Shown here piece after piece: positions 32,068 to 40,570 of a DNA stretch of 64,000 nt. The position numbers and the translations under genes were made by a program. Every line of letters begins with the position of its first letter. The first letter of the stretch is position 1. This DNA comes from Ignavibacteriales bacterium (GTDB lineage: Bacteria > Bacteroidota > Ignavibacteria > Ignavibacteriales > DAOSCP01): assembly GCA_035361425.1 (NCBI GenBank), contig DAOSCP010000002.1:65410-129409 (forward strand). Reading direction: 5' to 3'. The notes under the pieces are model-generated. The model saw only the letters and a list, made by a program, of their open reading frames with translations. It did no database searches and was not told the origin of the DNA.

Positions 32068-32981
32068 ATTATATTTTAATCATAACATATTTAGTTTTAA
32101 TTGTTACATTGATTTTTGGTTTTATAAAAAGGAAAAATCTCTCAAATTTATTATTAGAAAGTTATCAGGTAAGAAAATTTTTGAAAAATGAAATAATATT
32201 ACTAGCATCAGTTGTAGGATTATTATTTATATATTATCAAAAATTAGTGGTTTATAATTATTTTAATGAATTTGAAAATACAAAAGCAAATGGCAATTAT
32301 AGAGAAATATATATAGCTATTGATATTTCTCAAAGTATGAGTGCTAAAGATATAAAGCCAGATAGATTTACTGCTGCAAAGAATAAAGCTACTGAAATAT
32401 TGAACCATATTGAAAATTCAAAAGTAGGAATTATACTTTTTAGTGAAAATTCATCATTAATATTTCCTTTAACATATGATAAAAATTTAATCAGGAATTA
32501 TTTGAGAAATTTATCTAGTTATGTAATTACCGATTTGGGAACGAATTTTAATAATTTGTTGAATATAAAAAATTATGGTTTTAGTGAGTATGCCGATAAA
32601 AATATAATAATATTATCCGATGGTGAAAATAATGCAGATGAGATTAATTATAATCTATTGGATGAATTTAAAAAAAATAATATAAAAATATATACAATAG
32701 GTGTTGGAACAGAATCTGGAGCTGAGGTTTATAGCAGAGAAACAGATTTTAAAGATATACTTAAACAGAATAATAAAAAGGTGACAAGCGTATTAGATAA
32801 AAAAATATTGGAAAAAATGTCACAACTTACATATGCTAAATATTTTGATATTAGTGATGAATTTAATATATTTGAAAGTAAAAATTATAAACATATTAAT
32901 AGTAATCAACAAAATTCGAAGTTTACTTTCTTTGAGCTTTTATTAATAGTTTTGTTTGTAATATATTTAACGAAAATATAG
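32064..32981 (+). CDS. vWA-domain membrane protein, BatB-like
   Basis: MIDAS motif AIDISQSMSAKD, then LSDGENNAD and IYTIGVGT. TMs at both the N- and C-termini. It overlaps the preceding gene. Confidence 0.75.
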   Translation: MNYILIITYLVLIVTLIFGFIKRKNLSNLLLESYQVRKFLKNEIILLASVVGLLFIYYQKLVVYNYFNEFENTKANGNYREIYIAIDISQSMSAKDIKPDRFTAAKNKATEILNHIENSKVGIILFSENSSLIFPLTYDKNLIRNYLRNLSSYVITDLGTNFNNLLNIKNYGFSEYADKNIIILSDGENNADEINYNLLDEFKKNNIKIYTIGVGTESGAEVYSRETDFKDILKQNNKKVTSVLDKKILEKMSQLTYAKYFDISDEFNIFESKNYKHINSNQQNSKFTFFELLLIVLFVIYLTKI

Positions 32982-32994
32982 TACGGGAGTATTA

Positions 32995-35031
32995 ATGAAA
33001 AATTTAAAGTTTTGTATAATAAGTTTATTTATTTTATTTATTTCAAATAACTTAATATTCACAAAGGATTATTATAGTAACAAAGAATTAGGTGCAGTAG
33101 TCAATGGTAATACAACAACTTTTAGATTATTTGCTCCTAATGCGAAAAAAGTTGTATTAAATTTATTCAAAAAGGTTGATGATACAAAATCAATTAAATA
33201 TGAATTAACAAAAGATGAAAATGGTGTTTGGGAAATAGATTTAAAACAAAATTATAGTAAATGGTATTATACTTATCAAGTTTATCATAAAGAAGAAGAT
33301 TTTAAAAATGAAAATATAGTGCATTGTGTAGATCCCTATGCTAAAGCTGTTGCTTCATATACAACTTATATGATGCCAAGAAAGGGAATTGTTTATAATG
33401 AGAAATATGATTGGGGAAATGATACTTGGCTTAATTATAAGTGGCACGAGTTAATAATTTATGAAATGCATGTAAGAGATATAACGGCTCACTCTTCAAG
33501 TGGTGTAAGGCAAGCTGGTACTTACATGGGGCTTTTTGAAAATGCAACAGGTGGTATAAATTATATTAAAGAACTTGGAGTAAATGCAGTTGAGTTGTTG
33601 CCGTCAATGGAATTTGCAAATATTGAAGTTCCTTATAAAAAAGAATTTAATGGTTATTATAATACATGGAATCCGTATGAGAGGAATCATTGGGGCTATA
33701 TGACATCAAACTTTTTTGCTCCTGCTGCATATTATGCTGAAAATTGGAAAGAATTGAAGTGGAATGTATGGATGGGAAAAGATGGTTTGCAAGTGAAAAA
33801 GTTTAAGGATATGGTAAAAAATTTCCATAGAAATGGAATTGCTGTTATTATGGATGTTGTATTTAATCATCTTTCAGAATTTGAATTAGGAAACTTAAAA
33901 CAAATTGATAAAGAGTATTATTTTAGATTGAATGATGATGGAAGTTTTAAAGCTGAAAGTGGATGCGGTAATGATTTAAAAACAGAAAATTTTATGGTTA
34001 GAAGGCTAATTGTAGAAAGTATTTTATATTGGATGAAAGAATATCATATCGATGGTTTTAGATTCGATTTAGCAAAATTAATTGATTGGGAGACCTGTGA
34101 AGAGATTATAAGAAAAGCAAGAGAAATAAATCCAAATGTTGTAATTATTGCAGAACCGTGGGGTGGAGGTTACGATATAAAAGGATTTTCTGAAAGAGGT
34201 TGGGCTGCCTGGAATGATCAAATAAGAAATGGTATCAAAGGACAAAATCCACATGATGGTTTAGGTTGGATATTTGGGAAATGGTTTGGAAATAACAATA
34301 AGATTCGTATTATAAGTTATTTAAGGGGTACAACTACTAATTATGAACATGGATTATATCAACAACCTTACCATAGTGTAAATTATTTAGAATCACATGA
34401 TGATTATACTCTCGGAGATTTTATAAGAATAGGTTTAAAAAAATATGATGAAAGGAAAATTATAACTAATGTTGAAGATTTTATTAAATTATCGCCTGAA
34501 GAATTAAAAATTCATAAATTAGCTTCAATGTTTTTGTTTATGTCTAATGGTATAGTAATGATTCATTCGGGGCAAGAATATGCAAGAAGCAAAGTAGTTC
34601 CATATTTTTTAAATGTTAAAGATCCTGAAAGGGGTAAAATTGATCATAATAGTTATAATAAAGACAATGAAACTAATTACATAAATTATAATCATGCAAA
34701 AATAAATAAAGAACTTTTTGATTTTTATAAAAATATGATAAAATTACGAAAAGAAATAAAATCTTTTCAATTTTGTTATGATGATGATATAGAGTTTTTT
34801 GAAACGGGGGATGAGTTTAGTTTAGCATTTTTAGTTAGAGAAAATAGTGATTATTATTTTGTTGTTTTAAATTCTAATTCTAACAAGAAAAGTAATATAG
34901 AAAACCCATTAGGTAGAAAAATGCAAATATTGATTTCAACTAACAAAGAAGAACTAACTAAAGAAATAAATGAAAAAGATACAATAACAATTGAAGAGTT
35001 GACTGGTAAAATTTATAAAATAACAAACTAA
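32995..35031 (+). CDS. Secreted GH13 debranching enzyme (type I pullulanase-like, CBM48 + catalytic domain)
   Basis: GH13 conserved regions: I VIMDVVFNH, II DGFRFDLAKL, III IIAEPWG, IV YLESHDD. It has an N-terminal signal peptide, and the ELIIYEMHVRD motif is typical of pullulanases. Confidence 0.85.
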   Translation: MKNLKFCIISLFILFISNNLIFTKDYYSNKELGAVVNGNTTTFRLFAPNAKKVVLNLFKKVDDTKSIKYELTKDENGVWEIDLKQNYSKWYYTYQVYHKEEDFKNENIVHCVDPYAKAVASYTTYMMPRKGIVYNEKYDWGNDTWLNYKWHELIIYEMHVRDITAHSSSGVRQAGTYMGLFENATGGINYIKELGVNAVELLPSMEFANIEVPYKKEFNGYYNTWNPYERNHWGYMTSNFFAPAAYYAENWKELKWNVWMGKDGLQVKKFKDMVKNFHRNGIAVIMDVVFNHLSEFELGNLKQIDKEYYFRLNDDGSFKAESGCGNDLKTENFMVRRLIVESILYWMKEYHIDGFRFDLAKLIDWETCEEIIRKAREINPNVVIIAEPWGGGYDIKGFSERGWAAWNDQIRNGIKGQNPHDGLGWIFGKWFGNNNKIRIISYLRGTTTNYEHGLYQQPYHSVNYLESHDDYTLGDFIRIGLKKYDERKIITNVEDFIKLSPEELKIHKLASMFLFMSNGIVMIHSGQEYARSKVVPYFLNVKDPERGKIDHNSYNKDNETNYINYNHAKINKELFDFYKNMIKLRKEIKSFQFCYDDDIEFFETGDEFSLAFLVRENSDYYFVVLNSNSNKKSNIENPLGRKMQILISTNKEELTKEINEKDTITIEELTGKIYKITN

Positions 35032-35043
35032 TAGGAGCTAACA

Positions 35044-35559
35044 ATGACAGAAAACAAACCAAACCAACCAAAGACAGCTTTTGGAAGATTTATGGTTCAT
35101 TATTTTATTCCAAATTTTGCTAATAATGTTCAAGGTCTAGTTTATTTTGGTGCGGCATTTCTTGTAATTATTATTGGTTTAAGAGGTTTAGGAACTGTAG
35201 CTGGAAAGATATCTATTGTACCTAAATTTTTATTAGCGTATGATGCTGAATTAGAAGGTATGGCTATATCTCCAAATTGGGTAATGGTTGCTTTATTTAT
35301 TGAATTTTTCCTACTTTTATTAATGGCAATAACAGTATTTTTTACACCCGAAGAACCACATTTACATGCAGATCATAATCAACATAAATCAACTTCAGAA
35401 AAAACAATAACTGTTGATGAAGAGTTTGAACAAATAGCTGAAAAAGTAAGAGAAAAAATTAGAATGGTAGCACAAGAAGAATTGCAATTAATGGATGCTT
35501 ATTTAGAAAAAGTTCATAAACAACATGCAGAAACATTACAGAAATTAACACAAAAATAA
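35044..35559 (+). CDS. Small two-TM inner-membrane protein with an intramembrane Glu and a coiled-coil tail; GldL/PorL-like (hypothesis)
   Basis: The ORF itself is solid (AGGAG RBS, 171 aa). TM1 is LVYFGAAFLVIIIGLRGLG. TM2 is VMVALFIEFFLLLLMAITVFF followed by TPEEP, echoing my recollection of GldL (GMGAAVVIVGALFK..., TM2 with a conserved Glu ending ...FEP). The confidence value refers to the family call, not to the existence of the gene. Confidence 0.35.
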   Translation: MTENKPNQPKTAFGRFMVHYFIPNFANNVQGLVYFGAAFLVIIIGLRGLGTVAGKISIVPKFLLAYDAELEGMAISPNWVMVALFIEFFLLLLMAITVFFTPEEPHLHADHNQHKSTSEKTITVDEEFEQIAEKVREKIRMVAQEELQLMDAYLEKVHKQHAETLQKLTQK

Positions 35560-35575
35560 GTACAAGGGAAAAAAA

Positions 35576-36166
35576 ATGGCTAAAGCAAATGTGTATTTTG
35601 TTATGTATCTTGTACTACTTTCTGAATTGATAACTATAATAACAGAAAGGGATATATTAACAAAACATGAAATAAAAGTAAAAAAGAAACTTATTGAAAG
35701 TATCGGAAATTCTTATAAGAATCCGGTATTTGTGAATGCACAGCAGGGAGTAACCTGGGTTATTGGGTCTGAAACTCCTGCTGATGTAATAATTAATAAT
35801 GTTGGTTTAGTTTCCGATCAAGAAAAGAAAAATGTTAAATATACTGTAGATGTTGATGGAAATGCACCAGCTGGTTGGCAAGGTCCATTAACTAATAATG
35901 AAAAAAAAGGAAATTTTGAGTTAGTTTTTATTCCTCAAAAGGGAGATGCGGAATTCAAAGGTAATTTTACATCAGAAGGTAAGTATAAGTTTAAGGTAAC
36001 TATGGAAGTAGAGAGAGTGCTTCCAGATTATTTAATAGGAAAAACCAAAACCGAATTAGAAAAAATAGTTGCGGATAAAAAGTTCCAAAAAGCAACCACT
36101 ACTTTTTCGGTTGATGTCTTCAAGAAAAATACAGGAGTTCAAAAGCAAGGAGCTATTTTTTACTAA
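35576..36166 (+). CDS. Bitopic membrane protein (N-terminal TM + one beta-rich domain); truncated GldM/PorM-like (hypothesis)
   Basis: 196 aa. The N-terminus NVYFVMYLVLLSELITIITERD resembles the GldM TM region (...MINLMYLVF...). The rest looks like a single Ig-like domain, whereas GldM has ~500 aa. The confidence value refers to the family call. Confidence 0.3.
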   Translation: MAKANVYFVMYLVLLSELITIITERDILTKHEIKVKKKLIESIGNSYKNPVFVNAQQGVTWVIGSETPADVIINNVGLVSDQEKKNVKYTVDVDGNAPAGWQGPLTNNEKKGNFELVFIPQKGDAEFKGNFTSEGKYKFKVTMEVERVLPDYLIGKTKTELEKIVADKKFQKATTTFSVDVFKKNTGVQKQGAIFY

Positions 36167-36175
36167 TAAAAAAAT

Positions 36176-36210
36176 AAAAAAGCTCTCATTAAACAAGAGA
36201 GCTTTTTTTA
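36176..36210 (+). terminator. Rho-independent terminator
   Basis: AAAAAGCTCTC-ATTAAACAA-GAGAGCTTTTTTT, starting 10 nt after the stop codon at 36164-36166. A ~160-nt AT-rich gap follows. Confidence 0.75.
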
Positions 36211-36369
36211 ATTATTAAAATATAAGATTGTATAAACAATATAAATAATTAGTCAATTGTGATTAATTAGATTTAAATTATTTAATAAAAAATAATAAAA
36301 ATATAATTTATTGCTATTGTTATTATAAATTAAAAGTTGCACATTTGAACAAAAAAACAGGAGATATTT

Positions 36370-37473
36370 ATGATACGAAAAATATTATCAATGTTATTTA
36401 TAACTTTTTTTGTTCTTTATGGTCAATCTGATAAAATAAAAGAAACAATCAGAACAGTGACAAATTTAAATATTACATTACCAAGTGAAGGTGCAGAAAT
36501 AGCTGGTAACCAGCTTAGTGTAATTAAATATGAAATCGAGTTATTAGATGAAAATTTCAAACCATTAAAGAAAAATGATTTTGGTGAATTTAAAATTATT
36601 AGAAAACCTGATGACCAAGAATTTAAAAAATTAACTCAAGGTGGTAGAGGTACAATAGTATTTGGATATATTAAAGCAAAATTTTATAAACCAGGTAATT
36701 ATATTATTAAAACAAGTTATAGTGGAAAAGGTGAAATAGGAGTTGCATCTGTTGATAGATATTATAAAGTAATTGTTAATTATCCAACTTTTGCATCTGC
36801 TAAAACATTGGATTCAATTTATTACATTGGTGAAAAAGGATTGTTTAGTATTGCAGTAAATGAATTTAATGATGCTTCTTTATATAGTTATAAAGTATAT
36901 GAAATTGATAAGAATGGCACAAAAATTGAATTATTTTCAGATAATAAACCACTAGTTGATTTAGGAAAAATAATTCAACTTAATTATTTGAATAAGACTA
37001 TACAAATTGAAGGATTTTACGATAATAGAGTATATGAATTTTACGATATTGATGGTCAAATAAAAAAATCAGTTTGGCAAACAGAAATATTACCCATAGA
37101 TGCACTTGTGGAATTTAATAACTGGGCTGCAAGTGATGAGGAGTATTGTGTACTGGATGTTGCTACTAATACTTTATTTAATCCATTGACATTCTATTAT
37201 TTATACGCACAGAGCAAAGATGTAAATTTTATAGCTCTTACTCCAGAATGTAATGATTTAGTAGTTGAAGCAACACCTAATAATTTTTTAGCTGGTGAGC
37301 CTGAAGTTTCTCAAAGCGGTGCATTTTTATCAATAAGGTTAAATATTAATCCAAAATTTGTAACAGGTATAGGTAGCCAAAGAGCACAATTAGTTTCATT
37401 AAATTTTAATTTTAGAACTCAGTTTGGGGAAGTAAGTAGAACATATAAAGCAAAGGTTTTTAAGTCTAAATAA
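36370..37473 (+). CDS. Secreted hypothetical protein (signal peptide; beta-rich)
   Basis: AGGAG RBS and signal peptide MIRKILSMLFITFFVLYG|QSDK. I recognise no family. It is the first gene after the terminator and promoter gap. Confidence 0.6.
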   Translation: MIRKILSMLFITFFVLYGQSDKIKETIRTVTNLNITLPSEGAEIAGNQLSVIKYEIELLDENFKPLKKNDFGEFKIIRKPDDQEFKKLTQGGRGTIVFGYIKAKFYKPGNYIIKTSYSGKGEIGVASVDRYYKVIVNYPTFASAKTLDSIYYIGEKGLFSIAVNEFNDASLYSYKVYEIDKNGTKIELFSDNKPLVDLGKIIQLNYLNKTIQIEGFYDNRVYEFYDIDGQIKKSVWQTEILPIDALVEFNNWAASDEEYCVLDVATNTLFNPLTFYYLYAQSKDVNFIALTPECNDLVVEATPNNFLAGEPEVSQSGAFLSIRLNINPKFVTGIGSQRAQLVSLNFNFRTQFGEVSRTYKAKVFKSK

Positions 37474-37474
37474 T

Positions 37475-39130
37475 ATGAAAAATATCATTAAATACATAGT
37501 TTTAGTAATTATTTTTAATAGTTTATATGGTCAAGGTAATAATATTGATTACCTTGACTTAATGAATTTTAAATTTATTAATGAGTATAGAAAAGAAATC
37601 AATTATTTAAATGTGTATTTTGTTGAATTTAAAGATACTTTAGCAGGAATAAAATATCTTGCAAGAGAGGATGGTTCTAGACTAATCTTAAAAAAATCTA
37701 AAGATACTGTAAAAACATACCAGATATATTATATAAAAAATGGTGTAGGATTAGAGCCGATTACTCCAATTTATATATCAATGTTTGCGACATATCAAGC
37801 ACCAAAAACAGGACAAAGTCGTCAACTTATTGGTTCTGCAAAAAAAACAGAACGAGCAAAAGTAGATACTTTTATAGTGTATAATCCTAATGACTTTTTA
37901 TATCTTAAGAATTCTAGTAATAAGACAAATAAAGATAATTATAGTGTAATTCTTAATTATATTAATGAACAAATAAATCCTTCAAAATTATTAAAAAAAG
38001 GTGCACCTCAGAAAAAAGAAAAGCAATTATTAAATCTTCCATTAAATTATAGTAATAATATGATGTTTCAAGCATATGTATCGCCTGATAATGCTGATCA
38101 ATTAAATAATATTATTACTAATGGATATCATAAACTAATTAGTTATGATAGAATTACAACAAATTTGCAGGCAAATAATGAAGAAAATCAAGAAATAGAT
38201 ACTGCAAATGTTTCTTCGAGTAATGAATGGTTAGATTTCTTTAAAATAGTATATTCAGATTTATCATTTTCAAAACAAACTATTTGTATTAATGGTATAA
38301 GTAATTTATTTAGTTTGGGAATAGCAAAAGTGGGATTTGAAAGTAGTTTTGATGATAGAGTTTTAAGTTATCTACCTATGGAAGCACCATATCATCATTA
38401 TGGCGTTAATATGTTTTTTAATATGACGGGCAATTTAGAAGATGTGCAAAAAAGTTTTTTTGGTAATGTTAGGTTATTAATAAGGCATAGATATAATTCT
38501 GCAAATAATTTCTATTGGTTACCAATATTTGAAGTTAAACAACCAAAATTGAATGTAAATACAGGTTTTACAGTTGAAGGAGAATTCAGCAAAGGGTTTA
38601 TATCAAATATAATGAAAAATTTGCCGGTATTTACATTTTATTATTCAGTTGGTGCATCTAAAATGCCAAAACCTTATTACCAAATTTATGATACCGGTTC
38701 TGTATTTCCAAGATATTATTACAATAGAAATCAGTGGGAATATGGAATGTCGTTTTTCTGGAATACAACTCAAAGCTCACATTATAGATTGGATTTAGGT
38801 GTTGGAGGTTACGATATATATAAATTTGAATATTTCCTTGATACAACTGATATACCTGTTATTTTGAGTACTTCAAGTAGAAAAAATTTTGTACAACCTT
38901 ATATAGCATTAACATATGATGCAATTCCTAATAAAGCAATATTGGGATACAAATTTAAATATTTTGATAGTAGGTTTTCAGTTAAATTATGGACAAGATT
39001 ATTTGAATTATTGGGTTCTGATGTTAGAATAGAAGCTTATATAATAACAAAACCTTTCTACAGAAGTATTTATCAATGGGAAAGTCCAGGTGGATCATTT
39101 GTACAATTAAGGTATAGATATGCATTTTAA
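37475..39130 (+). CDS. Putative outer-membrane beta-barrel protein (hypothetical)
   Basis: Signal peptide ...FNSLYG|QGNN. The sequence is rich in Y/F/N/G with alternating hydrophobicity. The C-terminus ...VQLRYRYAF ends in Phe, the OMP/BAM signature. It starts 1 nt after the previous stop. Confidence 0.5.
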   Translation: MKNIIKYIVLVIIFNSLYGQGNNIDYLDLMNFKFINEYRKEINYLNVYFVEFKDTLAGIKYLAREDGSRLILKKSKDTVKTYQIYYIKNGVGLEPITPIYISMFATYQAPKTGQSRQLIGSAKKTERAKVDTFIVYNPNDFLYLKNSSNKTNKDNYSVILNYINEQINPSKLLKKGAPQKKEKQLLNLPLNYSNNMMFQAYVSPDNADQLNNIITNGYHKLISYDRITTNLQANNEENQEIDTANVSSSNEWLDFFKIVYSDLSFSKQTICINGISNLFSLGIAKVGFESSFDDRVLSYLPMEAPYHHYGVNMFFNMTGNLEDVQKSFFGNVRLLIRHRYNSANNFYWLPIFEVKQPKLNVNTGFTVEGEFSKGFISNIMKNLPVFTFYYSVGASKMPKPYYQIYDTGSVFPRYYYNRNQWEYGMSFFWNTTQSSHYRLDLGVGGYDIYKFEYFLDTTDIPVILSTSSRKNFVQPYIALTYDAIPNKAILGYKFKYFDSRFSVKLWTRLFELLGSDVRIEAYIITKPFYRSIYQWESPGGSFVQLRYRYAF

Positions 39131-40562
39131 GTTCTACATATTAAAGAGTTATCTTATTTTATTATTATTGTTTGATTTTGCTTATTCGCAAAGTGATTAT
39201 GAAAAACAAGCTATTTATAAAAGAATTTATGAAAATTTAGAGTATAGAACGGATGGTTTTAATGATTTGAAAAAGCAATGGTATCTTAATGAACCTATGA
39301 TTATAAGACAGATTTATAATAACTTAGTTTTAAATGGATTTTTATTACATAACGGACATCCAATAACAAATGAAGATACATTAAAACTTTTTTCTAATAA
39401 ATTTTATAATTCAAGGGTTTTGGTAAAATTACGTCAAAGATATTATGATGATGAAATAGAAAGAATGGAATTTATATTAGAAAATGAAAACCCAGGAATA
39501 GATACTGCTAGATTTATCGATCCTATTAAAGACTGGGTTTTAGTTAGAGAGGCAGTTGGGGATTCTTTATATGAGGTATTAAAAAAGAAAAAATATACTT
39601 ACACAAATTTAACAAAGGATTATTTTCAACATTATAATTTATACTTTTACGATTTGTATTTTTCGGCAATTAATCCATCGTTAATGTTTTGGGCAAGTAC
39701 GTCTGAGGCAAATACTCAATTTGATAGTGAAAGTCCATTTAATAAGTTTAATAGAGCAGATAAATATACGATGTCTTTTTTTGGGAAATGGGGAGTAGAT
39801 CAACTTTCTAAACCTGGGTGGTATTTTTCCGATTATATAGTAGGGTTAAAAATCCTTCATTTGGATATGTTGGTTAATGATCCTGATGATTTTGAATATG
39901 GGCTATATTTAGGCTTTAATTTCGGTGTAAAAGATGTTTTAGTTGAAAATTCATCATTTTTTAAACCTCGTAGAATTGATAGTAAAACCAGTAATATGTA
40001 CATAAAGGCTGCATTTAATCCTTTTACATTGCTTGGTTACGATTGGAGATATTTTAATTTAGGAGTTGAATCTTTCTATAATATAAAGGATAAACCTGTA
40101 ACTGAAGATGATATTAAAATATTACAAGAAACAGGTGCAGATTATATTTATTCACATACAATTAAAAACTTTACCACAATATATGCACAGCAAAAATATT
40201 TAACGGATGTTCTTGGTTTAGGTTATTTATTTTTAGGTATGGGGATAACATTCCATAATTATTCTTTACTGACAGCTACTGTTGATGATTCTGAATTTCA
40301 AGTTTTTGAAAATACTAAATATACAGTTCCAAGTTTTGAAATAGGATTGACTAAAAGTGGGGGGCTAATTTATAGTGAAACAATTTTTCAGTTGAATTAT
40401 AATAGTAAAGCTAAATTTGGTTTTTGGGGTATAAAATTACATATGCTAATTAGAAATAGTATTGGGTTTGATATTAAATATTTTAAGGGTTTTAGAAATG
40501 TTCCAGGTTGGCACCAAGATTCGTATTTTGTTATTAGTCCAATCATCAGGATCAATTTTTAG
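39120..40562 (+). CDS. Putative outer-membrane beta-barrel protein (hypothetical, second)
   Basis: Signal peptide ...LFDFAYS|QSDY and C-terminus ...SPIIRINF, with a terminal Phe. It overlaps the previous gene by 11 nt and ends 8 nt before the giant ORF. Confidence 0.5.
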   Translation: MHFKFYILKSYLILLLLFDFAYSQSDYEKQAIYKRIYENLEYRTDGFNDLKKQWYLNEPMIIRQIYNNLVLNGFLLHNGHPITNEDTLKLFSNKFYNSRVLVKLRQRYYDDEIERMEFILENENPGIDTARFIDPIKDWVLVREAVGDSLYEVLKKKKYTYTNLTKDYFQHYNLYFYDLYFSAINPSLMFWASTSEANTQFDSESPFNKFNRADKYTMSFFGKWGVDQLSKPGWYFSDYIVGLKILHLDMLVNDPDDFEYGLYLGFNFGVKDVLVENSSFFKPRRIDSKTSNMYIKAAFNPFTLLGYDWRYFNLGVESFYNIKDKPVTEDDIKILQETGADYIYSHTIKNFTTIYAQQKYLTDVLGLGYLFLGMGITFHNYSLLTATVDDSEFQVFENTKYTVPSFEIGLTKSGGLIYSETIFQLNYNSKAKFGFWGIKLHMLIRNSIGFDIKYFKGFRNVPGWHQDSYFVISPIIRINF

Positions 40563-40570
40563 GGGTAGTT

